A stretch of 58,274 bases of DNA, counting the filler, from Sluysia triapertura (taxonomy: Eukaryota), in NCBI GenBank assembly GCA_046118255.1. It is 4 parts of 4 records of this genome, joined end to end, with 100 filler letters (N's around TTAATTAATTAA, not from the genome) between each part and the next. Parts side by side here need not be neighbours in the genome. Positions count along the whole stretch, not along the records: positions 34,301 to 46,035 come from JBJNIA010175363.1; positions 46,136 to 58,274 come from JBJNIA010135176.1; 2 more parts are not named here. One strand, 5' to 3'. Below are positions 38,472 to 52,520 of this stretch, piece by piece. Under the pieces are notes generated by a model. It saw nothing but the letters and a program-made list of their open reading frames with translations, was not told the DNA's origin and made no database searches. Both the position numbers and the translations under genes were made by a program. Position 1 is the stretch's first letter, and every line of letters begins with the position of its first letter.

Positions 38472-41400
38472 CTAAATTAAATATTACTTTTTATTAGTTA
38501 ACATTATTATATTACAATTATTATTTTTATTATAAAGAAAATATGATGTGGAAAAAATTTTAATTTTAAACTCGAAATTAAAAGTATTTCTTTGAAATTG
38601 CTTTGATAGTATGTTTGAATTATGTAAATAAAACATGAAACAAGAGGAATTGAAAAGTTAATACATAATGTCTCGATGCCTTATCAGTGAATAAAGTATT
38701 TGAGAAAATACGCATATATATTTTGAAATCAAATCACATTTTCTAAATAAAAGTAAAATTTAAAAATATTATCAGCATTTTTGACCAAGTTCGTATTTAT
38801 GGATAATTTTTTGATAATTTTATGTATTTGAAAAAGAATATCTATAAATCCAAGTTTTCAAATTAAATATACTATAATTAACATACATTATTAAATTTGA
38901 AAGGAATTGTTCTTCAGTACCTTTATACATTTTAAATACTTATTTTAGAATGAATAGTCAAAGTATAAATGAGATAGAAACAAGAATAAACATATGAGCC
39001 CAATTTAAAAGTTTAAATCTAAAATAAATCAAGCATTAAATTATAATTTTCAATTTATCAAAAATGAGTCAGAGAATGAAGACATATTATTGGGTAATTA
39101 AATAGTTTGGAAATTATGTTTGTTTCGTTTATTTTTATGTTAAATAATAGTTTAATCGATAAATCTTATCATTTACCAGGTCTTATTCTTTGAACAATTC
39201 AACAATGACACCTACCAAACAATTTTGAAGTAATTTCCAATAAGGATGGAATTTAAAGAGCTGCTACTTTCACTCTCTGAATTGTTCTGAAATGTTCTAA
39301 GAATTGCAAACTTGCGTTTTTCGGTAAGGTTTAGATCTCCTATACCAATATTACACTTTTAAAAAGCATAATCATATTGATTTTGCATATTCCTTTGTAT
39401 TTTCAATTGTTATATTTTTTTAATAATTCCATAATGCGGCCAAATTTCGATATTTATTTCAAGATTGTATATTGAACAAAACTGTAGAATTTAACAATAA
39501 GATGAATATTTAAATAATTATCTCTATTTTAGCAATGAAATTTGTATCAATTTTTAATTATATTGTGATAATGATGTTCAAACACATTTACCTCTGAATA
39601 TATTAGTATTGATTTAATAATAGAAATAATTTTATAATGCTTTATAAGTAATCATGCAAGTTAATTAAGACACTGATAACTTTAATATTAATGTGTCTAT
39701 TGGTCCAATTTCATGCACTTTATTTTGATGAATTTAAAATAAGTGTTATTTTATGATAAACAATTTCATGCTTCATCCAAACTTAGAAAATCGTTATTAG
39801 AATGTATACAGTAAGTACGTTACGCCTATATTAAAAATGTTTCAAGTAAAATAACACTCAACAAACAATCCATCATAATTTATGATGTTTTACTACCTTA
39901 TTAACAATTTTCTAACGTTATTTCAATATTATTTATTTGATTTAGTACCACTGATTTTAATATCTATGTTGTTTTACCTTTCAATCATGAATCAAGTTAA
40001 TGACTTGAATAAATAATACATTAGCACATCAAGGATGGTATGCAGTTACAAGTATATAGGCTGAAATTCCAGAATATTCTTTAAATATTTAATAAAAAAG
40101 ATAATAACAAGAGATATTCAAAACAGAGTACATTTAATATTTATCATATACATTTAAAAACACACAAAAATTCTGCGCACATTTATTTACTCATAATTCT
40201 AATTTATTATATAATATTTCTTGGAGTTCCAAAAAACATGACTTTTCTATCTTTCTTTAATATACTAATTAGATTATTTTTTCTACACAGAACACATTGT
40301 TTATAACACAGACTGAAGTATGTTATTCACCAAGTTACAAATTTTGCTTAAACCTAGCCCTAGATTATAATATTAAAAATGATTGTCACAATTCTTGTCA
40401 AAAATCCGTCACCTAGTAAATTTTTAACTTTCAAAAAATTTATATTTTATTAAATTCTGATAATTTCTGAGATTCATAATGCATCGCATTTTTAGAAAAC
40501 CCATTTCAGATAACAAAGAAGTGTTTATCGTTTAGTACAATTTTTTGCTATACTTTGATAATCACTATTATTTCTATAACAATTAATTGTTACATTATTA
40601 TCTAAATATTAGGTCATTTCATAAAATGCACTATAAAAGGAATATATGATTGCATTAGTCTCTTTATTGCTACCACTTTTGCACTACCACTATTTGATAA
40701 TATGAAGCAAACAATATTGAACATCATTATGATACAAATGCACTGTAGCAAAATCATAATCATTTTGAATGAGATAAGATAAAAAAGTAAAAAATAAAAC
40801 CTTTAAATACTGTATTTACTTCATTAATTCGTATACGCAGCTTTTGATAACGAAGCTAAATAAATTCAAATGGAGTGTTTGGAACCGACACATTTAGATA
40901 AAAATGACCGACATATATAAACACCTCGTTAATGTAACAAGTAAGAATTGTTATTTAAGGACAAAGACATAATAAAAGAAAGTAAATATGATTGAAAAAA
41001 TAATGAAAAAAAAATTAATTTAAAGTTACATGAATGAAATTTGTGAAATTAATATATCTAATTACTCAATATAATTAAGAAATATGACGATTAATTTATT
41101 TTAATTATTCGGATGAATGAAATTTCTGAATACAGATTGACATCATATATCAACTGATTGAATGAAAATAAGATATTTTTTCTTGTTTGAAAATTCTAAA
41201 TACATCTATCGAAATGATCTTATCAAGTTAATTTAATGTTTCATAACAAGAATCAAGTATTAATTCCTTCAAAAACGATTTATCTTAGTACTATGTGGAT
41301 CATTAAAATATTTCCTCCAAATGGTTCTGTTTATCCAAAAATATTAAATTTAAGAAAAACATTTTGATAAAATTCAAAGTTTATTTTATTTACTTTTATT

Positions 41401-42170
41401 TGCTTTCATAAACTTAAATTCCTGAAATTTATTAATATAAAATAAACATTTTCATTCTAATTGAATCTCTAATGATTTGCAATTACTTTATCCGAAATAT
41501 GATTATTTTATGTGTGATTTTTCTCAAATTGAAATCTTAATTGATGCATCCCAAAAGAAATTTACTGTTAAGTAAAGCATTACTAGAAATCAAAATTGAA
41601 AAACAAACACAAGATATTAGTTGCTGTTGTCAAATTAAAAAATATCAATTTTTTATCAGTGATAAGAATTTCTTCCACCATTTATTATCAAAACTTAGTA
41701 ACAATTAAATAAACTATAAGAATAATTAACAAGAAAACAATTACGATAAATATAAATATTAAATCATATTTTCAATCAATATTAATTAAATACAATTTAA
41801 TTAAAATTTGAAATTTTAAAACTAAAATCGCTACTATTACTAATAAAAAAGAAAAGAAAAATATTATCAAAATATTATTGGATTTATCCAGAAAAATTCA
41901 TTTTTTCTTTTGAAGGTTTTAATAAATTAACATATTAGTTTCATGTAATATCAATACATAGTATAAGAATTAAACCAAAACATTATCAATGAAAATTGTT
42001 TTATGAAAATCTTATAAGTTGCAAAAAACCGCACAAAACATCAATTTAAATAAATGTATTTAGCAAGCCATTAAGTATACTCTAAAACATTTAAACTGCC
42101 ACACACTTTATATATTGGCATAATATATCAAACGGTACGACGAAATAACATTATATTTGATTTATATGAT

Positions 42171-42230
<60 letters not shown>

Positions 42231-42239
42231 TTTAACTTT

Positions 42240-42344
42240 GTACTGGGGACGAAATTTTATCTGAGCAGTTCGACATTCTGGCAACTGAGCTATCAGTTAT
42301 AGTCAATTATAATTGGAAATTTTTAGGCATTTACCTCAGCAACA
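42240..42344 (-). mobile_element. Highly degenerate tRNA-derived LTR copy
   Basis: GCAGTTCGA...ACTGAGCTATCAG..TTATAGTCAATT...TTTAGGC...CAACA. Confidence 0.55.
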
Positions 42345-45300
42345 ATAATAATAAATTATAATTACAACAGTACATAATATCGACACATTGAAGATATTAT
42401 GTGATGAAAAGCATATAGCCTGGAATTATTGCACATATTGTTGGAATTATATATTAAAAGTGATAATTTATTATTCAACAGTATAATATACACACCTTCA
42501 TCACATGTTTGATTATAGCAACAATTCTTCTTTGTAATGTTTTATTTACTCATAATTACAGTTTTTATACGATGTTGCTGAAATTCCAAACAAGGTAAAT
42601 TAATGTCATCCGTCTCATCAATGTGTTATGATAGCAGCATATAAATTTTTGATGTGATCACTTAATAACTATACAAAGAAAGTTATATTTTTGACTGAGC
42701 TGACACATTTGCATTTTTTCAAAAAAATTGAATATATTTACATGAAATTTTTTGATATATAAAAAGTTAGCTACTGTACAAATGCTTGAATTTTACTATT
42801 AATCCGTATTGGTTTTTGGAAAGTGAAGTATTCTTTTTATATATTATTATGTAATGAATGCATCTACATTAAAATAAAGTGTAATGCATTGGTGAAAGTA
42901 TTTTAATCGAATGGTTTCTATGTGCAGAGGAATTTGAACACAAGATTTAAATAATAACAATGAAATAAACTCATTACAATAGTTAAAAATATTTATTCAA
43001 TTTAAATAATGTGTATAAATAAATTATTAGTATACTAATATAAAATTTTTATTATTCAGTTTAAATTGTGAATTGAGTTAAATAAATGAAACTAAATATT
43101 TTATAAATATTATTCTACTTATAGCATTCAGTAAATAAAATTTATTTCTTGTATTCATGCTGATAATACAGCCAAACTCGATTTAATAAATATAATATTT
43201 TAACAACAAAATTGGAAAACTTGTAATAATCAAAATAAATAATTATATGAACAAATCAATTAAAAATATATATTAAAGTTTAATAAAATATTGAATTGCT
43301 ACTACAAATGTCTGTATTATTTTAATGAAACTGTTTTAAATTATAATTCATTTAAAGTTAATTTTTGAACAGTTTTATGTATTACTTTTAATAAGAAATA
43401 ATTTCAATTAAATCATGTTAACTGTCAATAGCTAAAAGGAAAAATTGATGAAATATTTATGAAAACAGAATAAAATCGAACAGAATTTTTTTGTTCAAAA
43501 TACAGTATGTCAATAAATAGTGGAGATTTAATATTTGATTGAAATGTCTTATTCATTTTGATCAAGAACTACGAAGCAAATTATAATAATAATAAATTAT
43601 AATAACAAATTGTAGTAATTGTTATAATAACAATACTAAAAAATTACTAAGATTATAATGCTTTAGTATCAATTTAAAATGAGATTACATATAGTTACTA
43701 TAAATTCAAAATTTAGTAAAAAATAATTAAATGTAAAGTGAAAATGTATAAATAGTCATTTTAAAGTGAGATTTTATAAAGACAATATTAAATTAAAATA
43801 TATAAACATCGAACCGTACTAATATAATTAATAAAATCATTTTAAATTAAGAATCAATAACAGTAATATGAAATCAAACTTTAAGAACATAAAAACCGAT
43901 TAAAATTATTTTAAAAACACGATTAGTAATATGTAAGAGAAAATAATATTTAATTAAGATTGAATAGAAATAGTATGTAATCAAAAATTAACATTGTTCT
44001 CGATCAAAATTAACTTAAATTAAAGATTTAAATAAACAAAATCATATGTAAAGACTGGAAATAAATCTTATATATAATAATATTAATCAATAATTCATTA
44101 AATTCTTGAATTCTATTTGATATAATTTTAATATTATAATTCTCGTCAATAATTTGACTGGAAATAATTTCGTATATAAAAAGACGTTGGTGATCACGAT
44201 TAACACCAAAATTCTATTGATTTACGAAGATATTGACGCTGATAATTCAATTAAAAATAAGAATTACTTCCAGTTCTAATTAAAATAAAAAATATTAGAA
44301 ATAGTTGTATTTATTATTAAGTCAGGTTAAAAAGAAATATATATAAAAGAAAATGTTCAAAGATACTTACAAAGTTTAATTAAAATTTTACAAAGTGAAT
44401 TAAATAAGTTTAATAAATTAAAATAAAGTCTCTTCAATAGTATTGAGATACATACAAGAATTCAGATAAATAAACTTTGAAGAATTATAATTCCCGTTAA
44501 GCACTTTTATCTCGAATAACTAAGACTAGTATTCTTAGTCTTAGTATTCTTAGTATTCACTCTTCCAGATACATAAAGTACAAATAACATTTCCAGAATA
44601 AGTCAATATTGACGAAAGATTATACCTTCGGTTGAATCTAATGCAAAGAGAAGTTTAGAATATTATTAAAGAGTAAGAATCCATAAAGAAACTTAGATTA
44701 TTAGTAAAGAATAAGAGTTCCTTATAAGCACATGCAAAAACTATAACATACAAAACAGCATTCAGACATATTCAAATTATAAAAAGAATTACCATAAATT
44801 GCTAATTTTAACAGAATGATAAATCTAATATGTTACAAAAATAATTCTAAAATGATATAAATAATTATTTAATCTCACCTAATGTGTATGTATTGTAAAT
44901 ACAACCAAAAATCAACATTATGATACATGGTTCATTTGTTTTGCAAATTATCCAAATAAAGTTCTTCGGTACTTAATAAATATTATCAATTTTAAAATAG
45001 TTTTAAGAATTGTTATAAATATTTTATTTTAATATTAATTTAGTTAGAAAAGTACAGTTTATTGGTAAAATGTTCTTCAAATTGGAAAAATTATACATAA
45101 ATTAAGACTTTCGAAATTTACATTCAGACAAATATAATTAAAATTGCCCTACATTACTTTTACATCAAACGGTTGACATTAAGTATGTTGTAACCCTTAA
45201 AAATAAAGGTCTGTAATATATTAAATGTTTAATCAAATTATTAATTTTCATCATTAAATTGTTATAGTAAATTAACAAAATTATAATAAAATAAAACTAA

Positions 45301-46194
45301 AAAATCTCAATAATTTTAAAATAACAGTTTTAAAAGAAACTTAAAAGTACTCAAAGCAAGAAAGAAACCTATCACAATGTTAAATCAAGAAATAAACAAA
45401 AGATAATCAATACACGGTTTATTTTTAATACATGGCTGTATAATATATTTGTTTATTCTCGAACTAAAGAAAAACTTGCCACATTGAATTAATAAACAGA
45501 TCAAGACTGAAAAATCCCGCAATTTTATTAAAATGGAGAAAGAAAAACATACGAATACAATAATGAAATATTACGCAATAATAAAATAAATGTAATATGA
45601 ACACATAAATGAATTATAATATGATCAAACTAAAATATAAATGCAGCTGAAATTCGATATATTATCATAATAATACGTGCATTAAAATTATATATTAATA
45701 AGAAATTGGTCATATGATAGAATTTAACTACAATGAAAGATTAATTACAGAAAAATTACTTTAGAATGAAATTGAAGAATTTATTAGCTATAATTTAAAT
45801 CAGTGGAAAAATACTACATAAAGTAGAATTATTCACAGACAAAAACAGAATCGAAATTTCTAGCTGTTAAATTACTCCTTAATGGTTTCGAACTAATATT
45901 ATTATTAGATTGTCTAAAAAATTGAAATTGATATTATTAAGGCTGATTTATTTCTTGTTATTTTATCCTGAATAGTGTTTAAACTGTCAGTAAATATAAA
46001 TAAATATTTCTAAATTAATAAGTCAAAAACATGCCNNNNNNNNNNNNNNNNNNNNNNNNNNNNNNNNNNNNNNNNNNNNTTAATTAATTAANNNNNNNNN
46101 NNNNNNNNNNNNNNNNNNNNNNNNNNNNNNNNNNNGACAGTACTGATGACGGTTGGTAATCTAAAATTAATTTTTTAATGAATTTTATTCATTA

Positions 46195-46244
46195 CCCAAT
46201 CAGAGTATACATTACTGACAATACTCACAAATACTCTGATTGGG
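46195..46244. promoter_or_regulatory. 14-bp perfect inverted repeat containing opposed CCAAT boxes
   Basis: CCCAATCAGAGTAT-N22-ATACTCTGATTGGG, ~140 bp upstream of ATG 46386. Confidence 0.55.
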
Positions 46245-46385
46245 CAAGCAAAAATAGATTGCCAGAAATATTAAATTTTTATTTACAAATTCATTGGAAC
46301 AGTCGCAATTAAAAAATTTATTCGTAACCAGAAAATATCTAATAATTATTAGTACGAAAAAATCAAGCATTGTAGATATCAACTT

Positions 46386-47727
46386 ATGGTGAAACGGATG
46401 CTAATTACTAAAGAGCATCCCAGTGAATTATTCAATCTAAACGATATGAAAAATGACGTAAATTTGTTCATTAGAGGTAATTATTTAAATAATGACAATG
46501 ATGTTTACATCGATTCGGCTCAATACGATTCTATGACTGGCAATGTCAGTATAAAATATAACGACAATAACACTGAATGTAATTACGAAACAAAATCACA
46601 CATTGAAGGATATTATGAATCCTTGTAAACAAAAAAATGACTAAAAGAATTACTATAAAGAAAACTAAAAGTAAAATGACCTTCTCTATATTTCACAAAG
46701 TGATATCGCAATTTACTTCATTTTATAACAAAGATAAAATTAACGAAATTATCAATGAATACTATAAATCGATTGTCGTCAGTGCAAATACAATAACTAA
46801 TTATAAACCAACCTCACGACATTCAACAGTAACTGTTAATTCAAAAAATTTTGTGCAAAACCAATCATTTTTTATTGTATCAGCAATTATGTTAGATGAC
46901 GAACAACATCGTTACTCGAATTTTCAAGCATAAGAATCGATGATGTATTATAATAAAGATAACCATGTGGAAACAGACTTTAAACAATAATCATTAAAAG
47001 TAAATCGATTATTTCATGATGATACTAAAGACACGTGTAACAATAAGGATCCTGTTCGCGAAAGAATATATTATCTAAATAAAGCTAATGAATTTATGAT
47101 GGTATATCTTATTACAGAGTACAAAGGTGTCAAGTTTAGATGTTCGAATGTGAAAACCATCACGATGCTTCATATAATGTTCTTAACCTTACGGAGGTTT
47201 GTATTATCCAAATTAGTATTAGTTTTTAAAGTATCCGAATCATTAGAAGATTTTATAACCAACAAATATTTAGTAATTCAACGATCAATGTCATATGATA
47301 TCTGTTATGATCATTTTAGTTTTATCAACAATGTTAATTATTGTTTCATTCTAAATCTATGTATAACTGCACCTTATCATGCTTTGACGAAATAAGTTGG
47401 TTACGCATTTCGAAACATGAAACTGCAGCTGAGAAACATGCAACAATTAAGAACAACATGCTCGATATCGAAGGTATTTTTGTGAGTTGTAATTTTATCT
47501 ATTTGTTTATTCTTGATTTAGTGTTTAAATGTGCTAGCTGGATCAGTGAAGAACAACGGGGAATCTTGTGGATCAACGGGTCAAGTGACAAAACTAAAAA
47601 AAGTAAAACCAAGATTTCAGTTTTTGATATAATGAATCTAAATTTTGGGTTTTTGTTATTTAACTATTTAATAAATTGTGTTGTTAATGTTTATAAATTT
47701 TCTTTCCTTTTACAGAAGATCAATTAA
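46386..47727 (+). pseudogene. Decayed coding region of unknown family (chain of broken ORFs, possible 40-nt intron 47482-47521)
   Basis: Four consecutive same-strand ORFs of 80-128 aa; GTGAGT...TTTAG mini-intron candidate; no recognised motif. Confidence 0.35.
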
Positions 47728-48499
47728 TGCCTATATGTTCTATTAAAATAGTTAAACATAATCTTTTTGATAATTTGAAACCCAAATTAATCAAATTGAT
47801 ATTTATTTACACTATGATTAAAAATTCCTATAAAACTCATGAATCAAAAAAATTAAGTGTATTAAAACTCATAAGGAAAGACAGTTAAATTCTGATTCGA
47901 CTATACATGTAAGTCAAATTGGTCACATTAGAAATGATGAAAATCCGTACTTATTAGGCCATCTCTTGAAGTTAGACCGGAACACAAGTAAAGAGTTGTG
48001 CACCATGTTCCTATCTCAACATAGACCTATTAAATTAACGCTAAATTTAAAAATTAATCACAATTTAAAACGCCCTAACTCGTTCCGACTCCAAAGCCAA
48101 CCTTTTCATTTAAAAGTTAAGTCATTATTTCATTACATTTACTGAAATTTTACAATTTATTTTTCATAATCCATCAAAACATCAAAATCATACTTACATT
48201 CAAACCATTAATGTACATTTCAAATCTCATTTAAAACATTCTTATCTCACAATTCCACAACATTGGAATCACAATTTACATCTTAAATTATCATAGAAAA
48301 CGTTAAAAATAATTCAGAACATTTCAAGTTCTAAATTATTTAACACTCAATCATTAACACCTTGAAAAACATGTAACGCACACTTCAAATAAAATTTCAA
48401 TTCATTTCATATATTAAGAAAGAATATAAAGAAAAGAAAGTTTATGCTATGAAAGAGATTCAAAAATAGTTTATGCATTTATCTTGCATTATTTTAGTA

Positions 48500-48560
<61 letters not shown>

Positions 48561-50049
48561 TATCTAATTGACTTTATTTTCATTATCACTGTCGTCATTA
48601 TTTTCACTGACATTATTAATTTTGTTAGTAATTCAATTAACCAGCCAACACTTAATTTAAATTCAATCAGCATGTCGTATTAACTTTCGATTGATGACAG
48701 TTACTGGGTGTATTTTTGACAATACTTCAGTTGATTGGAAGTCCAATCAAGTCAACTTTTGCATGATATTTTGATTTGACGCCCAATCATAATCAATTTT
48801 CTCTTCTACAATTATTTACAATTTATGCAAATAGTAAGATAGTACATTTTGTTTTCGAATTCATAGTAAATTTAATTCAAATTGTGATCTCAAATTATCA
48901 TCGTGAATTATTAATTCCTCCATGTTGCTCATTAAAGTAAGCCAAGAACTATTCATTCGTTTAGAAGATCAGTCAAATGAACCCAATAATTTAGTCAAAA
49001 CTAACAGTGATTCTAACAACTCATACGATTTAAATAACAAAATAGAATCAAACATTTTATATGATCTTTTAGTATCTGAAGATAATGAAATAAAATCTTC
49101 AAATTTTCAATTCACTGATTTATATCAAGGATCTAAAATATTATTTTATCAGTCTTGTCAAATAAATGTACTCTCAAAACCATATTCTTATCCAGATAAA
49201 TGCGAATTTCTAACTCAAACTAAACTAAATGCAAATAATTCATTTCTTAGTTTTTTTTAGATTCTTTTTCAATTCCGAAAGTACATCGCAATTAACAGTC
49301 CCATTATTTATGTCTTGTTCTATTAATACCTTTAGCGACACACCAATGAGCTTGCCATTAGGTTGTATACTGATTGGAATTCATGATCCACATAGTTTTA
49401 TTTGACAAGCAGAATCACTAAACATAGTAGTAAAGAGTAGGTTGACGTCTATAACTGATATAGTCAACTTAAATCAGTATATTATACGAAGTTATGAACT
49501 ACCATTAATCATACCTTCGAAATTTCCTAAATCATTATGGCATTGTAATTTTGTTAAGTTTGTATATAAAATTTTAATCAAGAACATAATGTTATCTTCT
49601 TCAAACTCTTAAAGTTATACAAAATGTTAAAGTTAAAAACAAATTGACAGGTAACAAGAATTATAATGACGTCGTTCAAGTTGCTCAACTTAGTAGTTAT
49701 ACAGATGACTTTGAATTTAAAGAATCCGCAATTAGAGAAATGTGTAGTTGTTCAGAATGAAACACCTTGCCGAATATCTGAAATGATTTATCAATATTTA
49801 ATTTTTGTATTATATTAAATTTTAGGATAAAAATATAAATTTATGTTTCGTTTCTCAACTTTATTTATCAGAAAAATATAATTCAATTCAATTAGATTTA
49901 TTTAAAATTTTCAATTGTAATAAGATAGTCTATAAATTACTTATAATTGATTCTAAGATAATAACTCAAGCTTTATGTATGAATAAACGATTTCAACTTC
50001 AATTAACTCCATCTAAATACACAAAACATCCATTAACTCCCTATAATAA

Positions 50050-50270
50050 AGTATTTAAAATCTTTAAAATATTTGAGAAATAAAATCATTAGTATTAAGA
50101 ATAAATCTAGTAGAAAAAGGAATCAGAGAAGTCACGGTGAAAACATCTAGAGGCTCCTGAATGCTTTATAAACTGTTAAATAACTTTAGAACCTTAATAA
50201 AACCTTTAAATATAAAATAAGATTAATTAATTAAAATCTTAATTAATTAATTAAGAAAAAGTATATTTTT
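50050..50270 (+). repeat. AT-rich dispersed repeat (also 9283-9318 and 53975-54065)
   Basis: TAAAATCTTTAAAATATTTGAGAAATAAAATCATT shared with 9284; AGATTAATTAATTAAAATCTTAATTAATT shared with 54011. Confidence 0.6.
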
Positions 50271-51929
50271 GTGAATAACGTTTGAATGCGGAATGATACA
50301 TTAAGTTTGAAACTGTGTATGCATTTGTTTTAAAAAGATGGAAGTGTTTTATTCTTAAAAACTATCTCATAAAATATCTGGAAGTACGTTCGCCTAATAA
50401 GTACGGCTTAAATCTGCCAGTATTTTCTTTTACTTTTGAAATTGTTTATGATTACTAATGGTCCGCTTACGATATACGATTTAGACCTAAGGAGACGTAT
50501 TCATAAGTAAGAGCACTTAAACTCGAGATTTTCTCCAAAAATATCTTAGTTATGCGTGTATATATATTTACCTTCTAAAGTAATGGAAATTATCAACCAA
50601 TAGTGTCTTATTCTTGTAAAAATTCGGAGGGTTTTCTATTAGTTTGTTAAAATAATTTATGTTCTAACTCTTTTATTGATTAGCAACATGTAATAGTTAT
50701 ATATTTACTAAAAACCTTTATTTATTCTTCTTAGGTGTTCGTCTAAATATGAGTTTAAGCTTGCGAAGCTGTTCTTTAAAATTCCTCACTTTTGTGTATA
50801 ATTTTAAATAATTAAGTTTTTTGATTCGATTCCAACTATCTAAATTTATTAAGTGTTAAAGTGTTCCGTAAGATATTCGTACTTATCTTTCTATTAATTA
50901 ACTTATATTTAATGATAAAATATTCAATAGAGTACGTTTAACCTAGTTCTTTAATAACCTTATTATCTTGTATACTTTATTATCTTTAAAAATCAACTAA
51001 GTCCTTTATTTTATTTTCTTTCAAATAAAATTACGCCAAATTTCGAAAATATATTACTAAAGATGAATGTAGACAATTGGGATAAAATAACAAAACAAAA
51101 TATTCAAAATAATAAAAATAATATGAAAATAAATTCTCATACAATTAAGCTTTTAAAAATGATTTTATGTCTAGTTTAAAATGAAACTTGTAGTTCAAAA
51201 TTTAAGTATGATTTTGTATCTCCTAACAGAGATAAAACCTATTATAAAAAACTTACTGATAGTACTAAAATTCAGCCACGGATAAAAATAATTTTGCTTG
51301 AATAGCGCTGGAACCAGATCCAATAGTATAAATCGGGATGCAAACCAAATCGAATAATTACACCACATGCAGATCAATTAATCGCCAAACGAATCGAATA
51401 CCACCAAGTAGATCGAATTACCAAATTAAATAGTTCTGACAACGAAGACAATCGAATAATCACAGAGTAATTAACAAATTTTTAATAAATTCCAATTTCG
51501 TGTAATTTTTTACTTGTGAGGTAAATTTCAGCAATGACGTTATTTTATAGTAACAGTAAGTATTTATTTTTAGTAGTGATTATTCACTAACAAATATTTT
51601 TTTAGATATCCACAAAGTCAAATAAGGTGATTATGTTTATTAATATGAAATGAATAATCATTTATTTTTAGAAATATGTGACTAGAAGCAGTGAAATGAA
51701 TTATTCATTTTTATTATTTATTATTATTTTTCATTTAGGTTATTTTAGGTTGATTTATTATTATTATTATCATTTATTATTGTTATTATTTAACATTTAT
51801 TATTGCTTCAGATTTCAGATGCATTCTGACAAATTTGGTCACGTAATAGTTTAAAGTCTGTCACGTTAAATTTACTAAGTCATATGGGCACGAAAATTAT
51901 TCGAAGTAATTAAATCACTAAGTTAATTA

Positions 51930-52520
51930 TGTGCCAGTATTTTAAGTTAGCCTTATTATGATCAAAGAATTTAGATTTTAAGTTAGCCTTTTACGGTCTA
52001 ACAAAAATGAATTATTTTAAATGTAAAAATAGCCTTTTAACTGTCTAGCAAACATCAATAATACAAAGTGAAACGATGTGCTATATTTTGTACAAAATTT
52101 TAAATCTACTATACAATGAGTAAAATACAATATAACACGAATATACCAAAAATATAATAATAATAAGGATTTTGGCACTTAAATTGCTTTAGAGTATGTA
52201 TTTTAAAAATTACAAATTAACTTAGCCTTTAATTTAAAGATTAGTATTTAGATTTTAAGTGGGAATTTTAAGTTCTCCTAGCTACAGTGAGAAGGTTAAA
52301 CAACAGAAAAACCTTAGTTTCATGGAAATTAAGAATTATTTTCTTCTGCTGAATTGGATGATAAAATTTTATTTTCTGGCAAATATAACTGCTTAATCCT
52401 ACATTTATACTGAAAATTTTAGCCGCCATGCTTGATTTTTCATTTTCCTTTCTTTACTCTGATTCATTTAAACAATGGAATAATGGATAGATTTTAAAAT
52501 AGAAAATTGGTGATTTTTTA
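51930..52520 (+). repeat. Same repeat family, left portion
   Basis: TTAGCCTTTTACGGTCTAA units, GCACTTAA, TTCTCC.AG.TAC..TGAGAA, CATGGAA, AG.CGCCAT in the same order as 1660-2280. Confidence 0.65.

Noticed and set aside
49330-49620. Weak resemblance to the reverse complement of 19480-19800 (YELPLII vs YKLPLIV)
   Set aside because: Too short to distinguish from chance in AT-rich sequence without an alignment statistic
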